A DNA stretch of 64,000 nucleotides from a virus (Duplodnaviria; Caudoviricetes): positions 32,001 through 96,000 of IMG/VR virus record IMGVR_UViG_3300035498_000732, one strand, 5' to 3'. The translations under genes were made by a program, and so were the position numbers. Below, in pieces: positions 49,800-59,796 of the stretch (position 1 is the stretch's first letter; each line of letters starts with the position of its first letter). The notes beneath the pieces are model-generated. The model searched no databases and was not told the origin of the DNA. It saw only the letters and a list, made by a program, of their open reading frames with translations.

Positions 49800-51807
49800 A
49801 TGGAAGAATGTGTTGATTTTAGAAACGGCCCACCATTTATAGCAGTCGATTCATGGATAATTGACAGAAAGGAGGACAATATTATTTGCTCCAGTAAAGG
49901 AGCACTTTTTGCACCTGTAACAAAGGTGCTTTATGGAGATGATGATCTAGACAATCCAGCAAATTGTTTCATCTTATCACCAAAGAAGTGTTATAACTCT
50001 GATGAGATGAGACCGCACATGTGTCTGTACATAAATTACTTTGAAAAGTTTTATGATACAGATAAAGAATATTTAACCGTGATGGCTAAGATTAAGTATT
50101 ATATTGATTACCAGCCATCATATACGAAAGAGATGTTTATAAATGACATTATCAGATATATTCTGACATCAGATATATTTGGTAAAGTCGGTACAATGGT
50201 GATGGATAATTACTTTATTCATTTGAAGTATAAAAACCCAAAGAATCCAGCACTAGAATATACGGATGATCATGCTAGAATTTTAATGCATATGAGTATA
50301 TTAATGAATCTATGTATTCCATTATTAACACATTTTGCTTATGTGAAGAAAGTGGAAAATGTAGATGAATTTTTACTAGAAGCGTTTGATAAGATATTTG
50401 AATTATTTGGCGTAGATATGTTTTCTAAGTTATATGAAACTTCCATAACCAATATCAAGGAGAAGGCAAGAAATGATGAAGAGTTATGGAATATGCAAGA
50501 CATCAGAGGCATTAATGTTATTACACATGCACAATCTGCTGTTAGAAATATAATTTTAAATCTAATGCCAAAATATGTATTCAGCGCTAATGTGGTTAGT
50601 CTTAACTTCGTGAGTATAAAAAATTGCACGAAATATACTATTGATATAGGATATGAATATAGTTTTATAAGTTTATCTTCATCAAGGAGGGATGAAGATA
50701 GTACCAGTGAGTTCGATTGGAGTACAGTCGCGCGTTGTCGTGAGGCAGCGTAGAAACCTCTCTTGGATATAGGAAATATATCCGTGCTGGGAAGTGCTAA
50801 AGCCTGATAGCCTATATGGAGACGAAAGTCAGAAACAAATATCGGGATGGTATATGAGGAAACTCTAAGTACTATAATAATGCGCAATCAGCAATGAAGC
50901 ATTACTATTATTAGTAATGAACGTTCAACGACTAGAAAAAGCTAAATATCTGCATTTGGAGAAATACCATAAATGGTGGTCAAGACTCAACCAATAAACC
51001 AGGCAGGTTGAAGATAAGCATATTCATTAGAGTATGTGAAGCGAGTATCGTTAGTGATTAAGTTCACGAAATGGGAGGCATCTCAGGTGTACGGTAACAG
51101 TATGCCTAAGATGAAGATATAGTCTCGTCATATAGGTAACACCTATAGTTAAGAAGACGAAGTACGAAGCGCAATTAGTTAAACAGAACGAATCTATGTA
51201 TATCCAGAATAAAGTAAATTCAGAGGCTACTATGCAATTGATAGAAACATTGTATGGACCCTTTGATCAAGATGAGATTGATTTCTATTTCCATGAACTT
51301 GGAGATTATGATGCTGTTATAAATAGCTTCCAGAAGAAATTGATTTTCAACTTGTTTTACAAATATTTTGGAAATACTGTTTCTGCTAATTCTATTAACA
51401 GAATAGATTATATTAAATTGATGATTGCAGCAAAAAGAATTCTGCAGTCTCAATGTTTAGTAATGCTACCTTATGTGATTAGCAGTAAGGTAGAAAAGTT
51501 AATCAGTCGTAAGTCTGTAAATCGTAAGGACCTTGTAAAGATTGAATCTTCTGAATTATTTCCACAAGTTTTACAGAAGTATCAAGAACCTGTATTTGAT
51601 CCTACAACACAAGATTCAGATAATGCTTTAGCATATAATGCTGAGAATAATAAAATCATTAAAGAGATTCTCAGTATGATAGCGACTGTATTAAGTAGTG
51701 ACTTTAAGATCATTGATTATAATGATCCAAAAATTAATGGCAAAACAATAGAAATAATTCCAGATATTATTATAGAGGAATTTTTAATCTATGTAATGCT
51801 GATATAA
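49800..51807 (+). CDS. Intron-split gene, join(49800..50717,51160..51807), 521 aa; putative sigma-like specificity subunit of non-virion RNAP
   Basis: Intron removal gives in-frame STSEFD|KYEAQLVKQNESMYIQ; early TATATTAT motif at 49757-49764; function inferred from size and position near the chaperonin, as recalled for AR9 gp226/gp228. Confidence 0.65.
50718..51159 (+). ncRNA. Group I self-splicing intron (IA-like), no homing endonuclease ORF
   Basis: P1 cgat|tg:cagtcg with U.G at the splice site; P tgctggga 50785; Q aatcagca 50886; R gttcaacgacta 50923; S aagatatagtc 51114; P9 hairpin 51131-51147; terminal G 51159. Confidence 0.93.
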
Positions 51808-51823
51808 GAAAGGAGTTGTATTT

Positions 51824-52519
51824 ATGAAATATGAGAAATATATAGCTCAAGATTTTAAGATGGAGTTCTTACCAGATAGAACTCCATATGTATATACTAA
51901 GATTACACCTGAATGCCAAGAATATCTTGACCAGGTTACTGAATCTGGTATTATGATTTTCACTAATGCAATTAAAATGAGTGGATTAGATGATATAATC
52001 AATAGAATAGGAAGAGATAAAGATTATCTTACTATCGTAATGGGTAAAAAGGCTAGGCATAAATCTAATGATATTAGTGAAGAAATGATCATTAATTCAG
52101 TAGATACTTTAATGGATATTGTGTGCGGTACAATGGATAAATATCCTGCAACGGGATATCTTTCTGATAATATTACACCTATCTATGTAACAGGCAGAGC
52201 TAATTATCCAGACAAGTTTACTGATATTATCAAAGATGCTGCGGTGTCATATGATGATAACAATGTATGCTATTCTGTTATGCTTGATCCAAAAGCATAT
52301 ACATCATGTGTTGCACCATATAGCTCAGTATATACACAAGCAGAAATCTCTGTTATGAATGCAGTAGATGCTATTACATATGATGATGGCAATGCTGTCA
52401 TTGTTACAGATGCTAATGATGGCTCTGGACCATCTATAGAGAGATGCCACAAGATTGCATGCTCTGTATTATTCAATGTAGTATCTATAGCAAACACCAT
52501 AAGTGTAATGACATCATAA
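51824..52519 (+). CDS. Hypothetical protein
   Basis: AAGGAG RBS. Confidence 0.6.
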   Translation: MKYEKYIAQDFKMEFLPDRTPYVYTKITPECQEYLDQVTESGIMIFTNAIKMSGLDDIINRIGRDKDYLTIVMGKKARHKSNDISEEMIINSVDTLMDIVCGTMDKYPATGYLSDNITPIYVTGRANYPDKFTDIIKDAAVSYDDNNVCYSVMLDPKAYTSCVAPYSSVYTQAEISVMNAVDAITYDDGNAVIVTDANDGSGPSIERCHKIACSVLFNVVSIANTISVMTS

Positions 52520-52545
52520 TTCATATATAAAGGAGATGTGTATTT

Positions 52546-52731
52546 ATGAAAACTACTGTCATAACCAATATTAGAGATGAAAGAGGATGCCCTAAAACAA
52601 AGGCTGAAGTAATCTTAGAATTGGTGAAATCAACCGCAATGTCTGGATATAGATATCCTGATAGAGCAGAGGAATTATATAATTCTTTTGTCAATAAAGA
52701 GATCTTTATAGAAGGGGAGATGGAAGTATAG
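52546..52731 (+). CDS. Hypothetical protein
   Basis: AAGGAG RBS similar to that of the previous gene; terminator follows. Confidence 0.6.
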   Translation: MKTTVITNIRDERGCPKTKAEVILELVKSTAMSGYRYPDRAEELYNSFVNKEIFIEGEMEV

Positions 52732-52812
52732 ATTAAGCAGGGGTGCCTATTTGGTACCCCTGTTATTTTATCAAAGTATATGTAACTGATTATAATGAGG
52801 AGGTGAAGTATT

Positions 52813-53850
52813 TTGGATTCATCTGGATATAGACAATTCTTATTAGATTCAATACCATCTGCTTCACCTGCATCAGGGGGCAGATTTATTTTGTGCAGAT
52901 GTTTTGAGTGTGGTGATTCTAAAGATCCTACACATGCACATCTTTATATTGCCATACCACAATCAGATGATGAAGTATCTTGGGCATATTGCCAAAAATG
53001 CAAGATGCATACCATAATAACTCCAGATGTATTGGATAGATGGGGTTTATTCAATTCTGATGCTAATGCATATCTCTCTATACAGAATAAGAGATCTTAT
53101 AAGCATAATATCACTAAGAGACTTATGGGTAGAACTGTGTATAATATAAGAAATTCTTATGTGACGCAGTGTAGAGAATCTGAATTGAAATTGAAATATA
53201 TCAATGATAGACTTGGTATCAATATAGATTATCAAGAAGCTTTAGATAAAAAGATAGTACTCAATTTAGGAGACTTATTGTATAGTAATAGAATTGCTGA
53301 ATATACAAGAGATTCTAATATTATAAGTCAATTAAATGATTTTTTTGTAGGATTTATAAGTTCCGACAATGCTTATGTGAATATGCGTAGAGTAGTATCT
53401 GAAGGAAAAGTATATCATAGTATAGATAAAAGATATATTAGATATAATATATTTGGCAAATATGATAATCTTGAAAGATTCTATACAATACCAACTAGAA
53501 TTAATTTAAATTCTCCAAATAGAATTAAGGTAAATATTGCAGAAGGTGAATTTGATATACTTTCTGTGTATTATAATCTTAGACAAGATCCCAACCAAGT
53601 ATATATGGCTATTGGTGGTTCTGGATATATTGGATTACTAAGACATATTCTGGTTAAATTGAAGCTATTCTATATAGAATTGCATCTTTATCCAGATAAT
53701 GATTCTGTCGGATTGGAGGAAATAGATCAAGTATATCAATTAACCAGACCATATAGAATACCAGTAATCATTCATAGAAATACTATGAGTGGGGAGAAAG
53801 ATTTTGGAGTTCCAGCAAATAGAATTATAGAGGCAGTATATGAAATGTAA
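52813..53850 (+). CDS. DNA primase (Zn ribbon plus TOPRIM)
   Basis: CFECGD..H..CQKC; AEGEFD, YPDND and KDFG motifs; TTG start after GAGGAGG. Confidence 0.85.
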   Translation: MDSSGYRQFLLDSIPSASPASGGRFILCRCFECGDSKDPTHAHLYIAIPQSDDEVSWAYCQKCKMHTIITPDVLDRWGLFNSDANAYLSIQNKRSYKHNITKRLMGRTVYNIRNSYVTQCRESELKLKYINDRLGINIDYQEALDKKIVLNLGDLLYSNRIAEYTRDSNIISQLNDFFVGFISSDNAYVNMRRVVSEGKVYHSIDKRYIRYNIFGKYDNLERFYTIPTRINLNSPNRIKVNIAEGEFDILSVYYNLRQDPNQVYMAIGGSGYIGLLRHILVKLKLFYIELHLYPDNDSVGLEEIDQVYQLTRPYRIPVIIHRNTMSGEKDFGVPANRIIEAVYEM

Positions 53851-53933
53851 AGGCTAGAGTCAATCTGGCCTTTATTTTTTAGCCTGAACTTTATAATAAA
53901 TAAATAAATCATTTTGTAAAGGAGGTAATTTAA

Positions 53934-54752
53934 ATGGCAAAATGTGAAGCTTCGACAGTTATTAAGACTGCCAAAAAATATGATGGTTATTTGGAGAAAG
54001 CTAGTAATTCTAAACTTGATGACTTCACTGCAAATGCTGGAACCAACAATTATACCATGTTTGGAAGGGACTACGATAAACTCATGGGTACTAAGTTGAA
54101 TGGACAATCGTGGTGTGCTATGTACTTGTGCATTATGTTTGTTTATGCATATGGGCTCAAAGCAGCTAAGAAGTTATTGGGTGGAAATCTGTTTTCTTAC
54201 ACTCCTACAGGGTATACTAAAATGGGAGCCAAGAAAAAGACACCTAAGGCTGGTGATGTAGTATTTTTCTATAATGCTACATTAGGCCGTATAGCTCATG
54301 TAGGACTTGTAACAAAAGTAGATTCTAGCAAATTCTATACCATCGAAGGTAATACTTCATCTGATGCCGGAGTAGTACGTAATGGCGGATCAGTGAATCA
54401 AAAATCTTATTCTTTATCTTTATCAACAGCATATTTCGCTACCCCATCATATTCTAGCGTAGATGTTGGTACAGACAACAAAGTTGGGACATCATCGGTA
54501 AAAAGTACATCATCTGGCAGAAGCAATCCTTATACAGTTCCAACAGGTACACTTAAGAGAGGTTCTTCTGGAAGTACAGTAAAATGGCTGCAGTATGAGC
54601 TTAATCAGTGGAAGTCTACTCTCAAAGAAGATGGAGATTACGGTGCAAAGACAGAAGCACAAGTTAAAGCCTATCAGAAATCACATGGTCTTACAGCAGA
54701 TGGAGTTGCTGGGACCAAAACCATTGCAAAATTAAAGAGTGATGGGGTGTAA
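53934..54752 (+). CDS. CHAP-domain endolysin with PG-binding domain
   Basis: WCAM, GDVVFF, HVGLV and IEGNT motifs; C-terminal LKRGS.G..VKWLQ..DG.YG..T...V..YQ..GL..DG. Confidence 0.9.
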   Translation: MAKCEASTVIKTAKKYDGYLEKASNSKLDDFTANAGTNNYTMFGRDYDKLMGTKLNGQSWCAMYLCIMFVYAYGLKAAKKLLGGNLFSYTPTGYTKMGAKKKTPKAGDVVFFYNATLGRIAHVGLVTKVDSSKFYTIEGNTSSDAGVVRNGGSVNQKSYSLSLSTAYFATPSYSSVDVGTDNKVGTSSVKSTSSGRSNPYTVPTGTLKRGSSGSTVKWLQYELNQWKSTLKEDGDYGAKTEAQVKAYQKSHGLTADGVAGTKTIAKLKSDGV

Positions 54753-54754
54753 TT

Positions 54755-55429
54755 ATGGTAATGGGAACAGAAGGTCTTAAACTCTTAAAGAGCTATGAGA
54801 CATGCTCACTTAAGGCTTATATAAATTCTGGTGAAAAAAATTATACTATTGGATGGGGTCATAGCTCATCCGATATTAAAAAAGGCCAGACAATAACTCA
54901 AGCACAAGCAGATGCATATCTTAAAGAAGATTTAAAGAGTTTTGAGAAAATAGTAACTAATAATATTAAGCTTACTCTCAATCAGAATCAATTCGATGCA
55001 TTAGTGGATTATGCATATAACAGAGGATCTAAAGGATTAAAGCAGCTTGCTAATAATTCTAAGACTATTTCTGATTTATCTAAAAATATTTTAGTATATT
55101 GGGGAACCAATGAATCTGCTAAAGCAGGCATCATGAAGAGACGTAAAGCGGAAAAAGCATTATTTGATAAAACATCAGGAGGTAGTTCAATGAATCCTTA
55201 TTCAGTACCAGGTAACAAAGTAGTCCTTAAAGCAGGAATGGCAACTAGTTCATATGTGAAGTGGTTACAATTTGAATTAAATAAAGGAGGTGCAGGCTTA
55301 GTAGTAGATGGAGAATATGGCTCCAAGACTGCAGCTGCTGTAAAAGCATATCAGAAGGCTAATGGCCTTGTAGTTGATGGCATTGCCGGACCTAAGACAA
55401 TTGCTAGTTTAAAGGATAATGCTGCATAA
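54755..55429 (+). CDS. GH24 lysozyme with PG-binding domain
   Basis: YETCSLKAY, TIGWGH, NQFDAL and RRKAE motifs; C-terminal PG-binding repeat. Confidence 0.9.
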   Translation: MVMGTEGLKLLKSYETCSLKAYINSGEKNYTIGWGHSSSDIKKGQTITQAQADAYLKEDLKSFEKIVTNNIKLTLNQNQFDALVDYAYNRGSKGLKQLANNSKTISDLSKNILVYWGTNESAKAGIMKRRKAEKALFDKTSGGSSMNPYSVPGNKVVLKAGMATSSYVKWLQFELNKGGAGLVVDGEYGSKTAAAVKAYQKANGLVVDGIAGPKTIASLKDNAA

Positions 55430-55445
55430 GCATATTTAAAATGGG

Positions 55446-55685
55446 GTGATTTTTATGACTGCTGATGAGTATAATACTAGTACAAAATTCGGTATGTCTT
55501 ATAGGGAAATTCTACCTATACAAAGAAGACTCATGTTTCTTGGATATCCATGTACAGATAATGGGCAATGGGATAAAGTTACTGAAGATTCTATAAATAG
55601 ATTCAAGATAAGGAATGGGCTGAAGGGAGATGGGATTCCTACAAGAGAAACACTTGAACTATTAGCACGAAGAGCCGGGGCTTAG
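55446..55685 (+). CDS. Stand-alone peptidoglycan-binding domain protein
   Basis: IQRRL..LGY....G.W...T..SI..F...NGL..DG pattern. Confidence 0.7.
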   Translation: MIFMTADEYNTSTKFGMSYREILPIQRRLMFLGYPCTDNGQWDKVTEDSINRFKIRNGLKGDGIPTRETLELLARRAGA

Positions 55686-55736
55686 TCCCCGGCTTTTTAC
55701 CCTCTAGAACTTTTATGTAATTGGAGGTGATTTAAT

Positions 55737-56978
55737 TTGGGTAAATTTATAAATACAGAACACAAGCAGATGGTGGATACAATTACTAAAGGTGTCGTTA
55801 AAGACATGCTTAAGAATCCATATTATCTTTTTGAAAATACTAAAGCTACTCCGGTAATATTCTATGAATTAGACTCTACTCAAACTACATTAGATGATTC
55901 TACTAGAATGGAGTATGAACAGACTGGATCTAATTCTCCTCTTAGATTTAAGAGAATTAAAGATGTATATCTATATGGATTAGAAAGGATAGAGATTCAT
56001 TATTCTAATGGAGAGAATGGATTAGAGGCAGATCCTATTCAAGGAGATTGCACAGATCTTCCAAATACCATTAATCCAACTCCTGGTTGTTATTTTGAGA
56101 TTCCATATCTTAATGGGGATCAGAGGCATTATCTATTCGTTATTACAGATGTAACAGATGATACTATGGATGATGGAAATAATATTCATAAAATGTCATA
56201 TGAATTGAGTGCTACAGATAGTGGAAATTGGGAAGCATTACAGAATCAGGTTGTAGAAGATTACAGATTTATTCCATCTAATATTGGTACTAAGAAGAAT
56301 GCAGTTGTATTATCTTCTAGATATGATCTAGCAGAGAGATTAGATGATATAGGTACTATTCTACGGCAATATTATAATGAGTTATTCTATAATGATAGAG
56401 TACAGACATATACTTATCAATTAGTGACTAATTATAATATTAATGATTCTATGGTAATAGAATTTATAATTAGAAATAAGCTCATGGGTGGTAATGGAGC
56501 AGACTATATGTATGTATCTCATAAGAATCCAGTGCCAAAGACATTCTCTATTGATTATACGGATTCTTTATTTAGAGCTATTGAAGCAGGAGATAAAGAT
56601 AAAGTTGCTGATGCTAAAGTAATGGGTACTTATCATCTTATTACAAATATGACCACTATATTCATGACCAGGCAAGAGCCATACTTTTATATGAATTATG
56701 ATAATTCATATGTTATGCAATCATCTGGTAATGTAGTACAAACATTTGATGTAGATTTTATAGATAGAATTATGTCTAATGAATTATATGACTATGATGA
56801 GTATAATGCATATTTGAATATCGTAATTAAATATATGAATGGAATGATTTCTGTAAATGATTTGGATGTGCAAGCATTAGAAGATATAGAATATGTAGCT
56901 TCTCAGCAATTGTATTATACTATGCCTATAGTGATATATTGTGTTGAAACCTACATAAAGTCACTAATTTCAACATAG
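55737..56978 (+). CDS. Putative virion structural protein
   Basis: Late promoter 55708-55721, GGAGG RBS, TTG start. Confidence 0.5.
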   Translation: MGKFINTEHKQMVDTITKGVVKDMLKNPYYLFENTKATPVIFYELDSTQTTLDDSTRMEYEQTGSNSPLRFKRIKDVYLYGLERIEIHYSNGENGLEADPIQGDCTDLPNTINPTPGCYFEIPYLNGDQRHYLFVITDVTDDTMDDGNNIHKMSYELSATDSGNWEALQNQVVEDYRFIPSNIGTKKNAVVLSSRYDLAERLDDIGTILRQYYNELFYNDRVQTYTYQLVTNYNINDSMVIEFIIRNKLMGGNGADYMYVSHKNPVPKTFSIDYTDSLFRAIEAGDKDKVADAKVMGTYHLITNMTTIFMTRQEPYFYMNYDNSYVMQSSGNVVQTFDVDFIDRIMSNELYDYDEYNAYLNIVIKYMNGMISVNDLDVQALEDIEYVASQQLYYTMPIVIYCVETYIKSLIST

Positions 56979-57020
56979 TAATAATTTATGGCATATTTTC
57001 CAGAAAGGAGATCTATACAT

Positions 57021-57320
57021 ATGGAATATCAATCCATTGAATCTATCTTCAATGAGGCTGTTATTGAAGATATTGAAGAAGAAGCATTAGATGCATCAGA
57101 ATATGGTGATATTATTGATCAGATGGCTGGGCTGTCTGATATTAATGATTCTCTGAGAACTGTACAAGATGGTACTCCATCTACTTTAGTAAATACACTT
57201 ATTGGGGATAAAGAGGTAATTGAAAAGATTGACAGAATAGATACTGAATGTGATGAGTATCCAGATTTTGATCAAGAGGATTATTATGAAGATGAGGAGG
57301 ATATTAGCGATGAGCAATAA
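57021..57320 (+). CDS. Acidic small protein, putative head component
   Basis: AAGGAG RBS before ATG 57021; late promoter 56972-56985; IFNE|A motif. Confidence 0.5.
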   Translation: MEYQSIESIFNEAVIEDIEEEALDASEYGDIIDQMAGLSDINDSLRTVQDGTPSTLVNTLIGDKEVIEKIDRIDTECDEYPDFDQEDYYEDEEDISDEQ

Positions 57321-57663
57321 AGAGACTTTTATGGCTTTTGATCCATTAGATCCTGTAGATAATATGATCTTAACAGATCCTAACTGCGATGATATGGTTG
57401 CAGAAGTGGAGAGTTATATTGACAACTGTGCTAAAGGCAATAACTCCATTATTACAGAATCTGCAGATGAAGATATTGATTATGCAGATGATGTAGATTA
57501 TTTCTCAGATGATGGAGATTTTGTAGATATGCCATCTGATATTGCATCAGAAGATGCAGAAGATTATGGCGCTGCTGAGATGGAATTACTTGCAGGAGAT
57601 TTTGCCAATAATGATGCTATTGATTCTATTGATGATATGGAGTTCATTGAAGGCGAAGATTAA
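57310..57663 (+). CDS. Acidic small protein, putative head component
   Basis: GAGGAGG RBS before ATG 57310; IITE|S motif. Confidence 0.5.
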   Translation: MSNKETFMAFDPLDPVDNMILTDPNCDDMVAEVESYIDNCAKGNNSIITESADEDIDYADDVDYFSDDGDFVDMPSDIASEDAEDYGAAEMELLAGDFANNDAIDSIDDMEFIEGED

Positions 57664-57678
57664 TTAAGGAGGATCATC

Positions 57679-58242
57679 ATGAAATTAAAGGTTATTGTAG
57701 AACCAACTACACCAATTGTTGGTTTAGAGTCAAGACCTGTAAAAACAACAAAAAGGTTTGAACTTACAGAGATGCAGATTAAGCGTTGCTTAAATTCTAA
57801 TGCTAAGGTATACGTTGAAGCTAGTGATGGAACGAAGCACCAAATTACTTATAATAATCTGAATTCTATTAAGAATATCTTATCAGAAGCAGATAAGAAA
57901 GTAGCAGATGAAGAAGCTGCTAAAAAAGAAGCTGAGAAAGCAGCACAGATTGCTGCAGCAGAAAAGGCTGCAGAACAGAAACGTGCTCGTGAAGCTGCAG
58001 AGAAAGCAAAAGAAGAAGCTGCTGCTAAGAGAAGAGCAGAAGAAGCAGCTGCAAAGAAGGCTGCTATTAGAAGGGCAGCAGAAGAAGAAGCTGAGCGTAA
58101 GCGTAAAGAGGCTGAGGAAGCTGCTAAAGCTGAGGCTGAACGTATTGCAAAAGAAGAAGCTGCTAAAAAAGAAGCAGAAGAACTTGCAGAGATCGAGAGA
58201 ATGGTTGCTGCAGATGAAGCAAATAAAAAAGAGGATGAGTAA
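57679..58242 (+). CDS. Protein with long E/A/K/R charged helix
   Basis: AGGAGG RBS; ~70-aa globular N-terminus followed by EEAAK-type repeats. Confidence 0.75.
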   Translation: MKLKVIVEPTTPIVGLESRPVKTTKRFELTEMQIKRCLNSNAKVYVEASDGTKHQITYNNLNSIKNILSEADKKVADEEAAKKEAEKAAQIAAAEKAAEQKRAREAAEKAKEEAAAKRRAEEAAAKKAAIRRAAEEEAERKRKEAEEAAKAEAERIAKEEAAKKEAEELAEIERMVAADEANKKEDE

Positions 58243-58425
58243 GAAACTTATGGAAGGAGTAGGCAGTAAATGCCTACTCCCTTTTCCGGACCAATGCCCC
58301 CATTAGCCCATTCCATAAGTTTCTGTTCCCATAGTATCCTCCCTCTCCAAATTCGGGTCCCGTCATGTTAGCAGACCCCCTTTACAAGTTACTACGAAGC
58401 ATCTATAAACCCCTGATGCTTCAAG
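58242..58425 (-). ncRNA. Putative G-rich structured small RNA, possibly encoding micropeptides
   Basis: Early TATATTAT motif at 58429-58436 (minus strand), four stems, eight runs of 3 or more G. Confidence 0.5.
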
Positions 58426-58497
58426 TATATAATATATCATTAAATAGCATAGAATTTACAAATAAAACTTTTATTTAATTTATATAGGAGGTGTAAT

Positions 58498-58779
58498 ATG
58501 TTATTTGGATTAGAATATAGTACAACAGAGCCTTTACCAGATTATGAATTTAAGTATAAACAAAAAGTTCACTTAGAAAAAACACCTGTATTCAAGAGTG
58601 CAGACACAGAGAATTTCTTTAAATTAGTTACTGGAGATTTCTATGTACAGAATACCAGACCTGTAAGAGGAATGATTAAACTAGTTGCTAGTGAGAGAGA
58701 TTGTGATATTAGAATGGATACATTATGGTATGCTAGAGTAAAAGATCTAGTAAATATAATTAAAAAGAGGAGATCATAA
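58498..58779 (+). CDS. Hypothetical protein
   Basis: Late promoter 58466-58479, AGGAGG RBS. Confidence 0.6.
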   Translation: MLFGLEYSTTEPLPDYEFKYKQKVHLEKTPVFKSADTENFFKLVTGDFYVQNTRPVRGMIKLVASERDCDIRMDTLWYARVKDLVNIIKKRRS

Positions 58780-59783
58780 TGAGCAAAATATATAATATAT
58801 ATCTTGATGCAGGACATGGTTTACATACTCCAAATAAGTGTAGCTTAGATGGTTCTGTTACTGAATGGGAATTGAATAATAAAGTATGTAAATTTATTGA
58901 AGCTAACTTGGCTAAGTATAATTGTGTAGTTTATAGATGTGATGATACTACAGGAGAAACTGATCCTGCTCCTACTACTAAGAGACTTACTGTAGCAGAG
59001 ATTGGAAATGCTGATGTATGTATATCTATTCATCATAATATCAGTATATCCAGTCCTAATGATGCTACTGGTGTAGAAGTATTTGTACATAATAGAGCTA
59101 CACAAGATTCTATTAATCTTGGTACTGAAATTCTTCATGCATTATCTTCATCTACTAAGATGAAGAATAGAGGATTGAAAACTGGATTATTGAGTATGTG
59201 TGCACCTAAGACATTTCCAACTGTACTGGTTGAAGGTGGATTCCTTACTAATAAGTCAGACTTAGAGTATATTACTTCAGATAAGGGAATTAAAGCATAT
59301 GCATCTGCTGTATCACATTCTCTTATATCTTTCTTTGGACTTACTAAGGATTATACTGAAAGTGTATCAGGGCATAAGCATACTTCCTCAGAGTATTATG
59401 TAAGTAGTGCTTGGGAGAATCTTACAAATAAAACAGGCCCATATACTGTATTAGCAACTGCTATTGCGGTATGCGATAAGAATGCTGGCTATAAAGTATT
59501 TGCTAATGATGGATGTATAATACATGAGTCTACTCTTAAATTAGAAACATCTGAAACTAAATATGTTAAAGTGGGGTCAAAAGGAGATAGAACTATGTCC
59601 CATGGTCAAACTCTTAAGATGAGAGATAAGCCAAGTGGAAAGAATGGTTCTGTAATTACAGAGATTCCATACGGAACTACTCTTATTTTAAGGTCCAAGA
59701 CTAATAGTTCCTATTGGTTATGCATGACTAGAGATGGAATATATACTGGATATTTATATAATGGATATTTAAATGAAATTTAA
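58779..59783 (+). CDS. N-acetylmuramoyl-L-alanine amidase (Amidase_3) with SH3b-like domain
   Basis: YLDAGHG, E, SIHHN, GVE and VLVEGGF motifs; C-terminal LKMR..P......I..IP.G...W...G..GY. Confidence 0.9.
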   Translation: MSKIYNIYLDAGHGLHTPNKCSLDGSVTEWELNNKVCKFIEANLAKYNCVVYRCDDTTGETDPAPTTKRLTVAEIGNADVCISIHHNISISSPNDATGVEVFVHNRATQDSINLGTEILHALSSSTKMKNRGLKTGLLSMCAPKTFPTVLVEGGFLTNKSDLEYITSDKGIKAYASAVSHSLISFFGLTKDYTESVSGHKHTSSEYYVSSAWENLTNKTGPYTVLATAIAVCDKNAGYKVFANDGCIIHESTLKLETSETKYVKVGSKGDRTMSHGQTLKMRDKPSGKNGSVITEIPYGTTLILRSKTNSSYWLCMTRDGIYTGYLYNGYLNEI

Positions 59784-59796
59784 CCAACATTAGTGT

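Noticed and set aside
50718-50753. Annotated C-terminus WSTVARCREAA of ORF 49800..50753 and separate ORF 51196..51807
   Set aside because: Better explained as intron read-through and exon 2 of one spliced gene; ATG 51196 has no RBS
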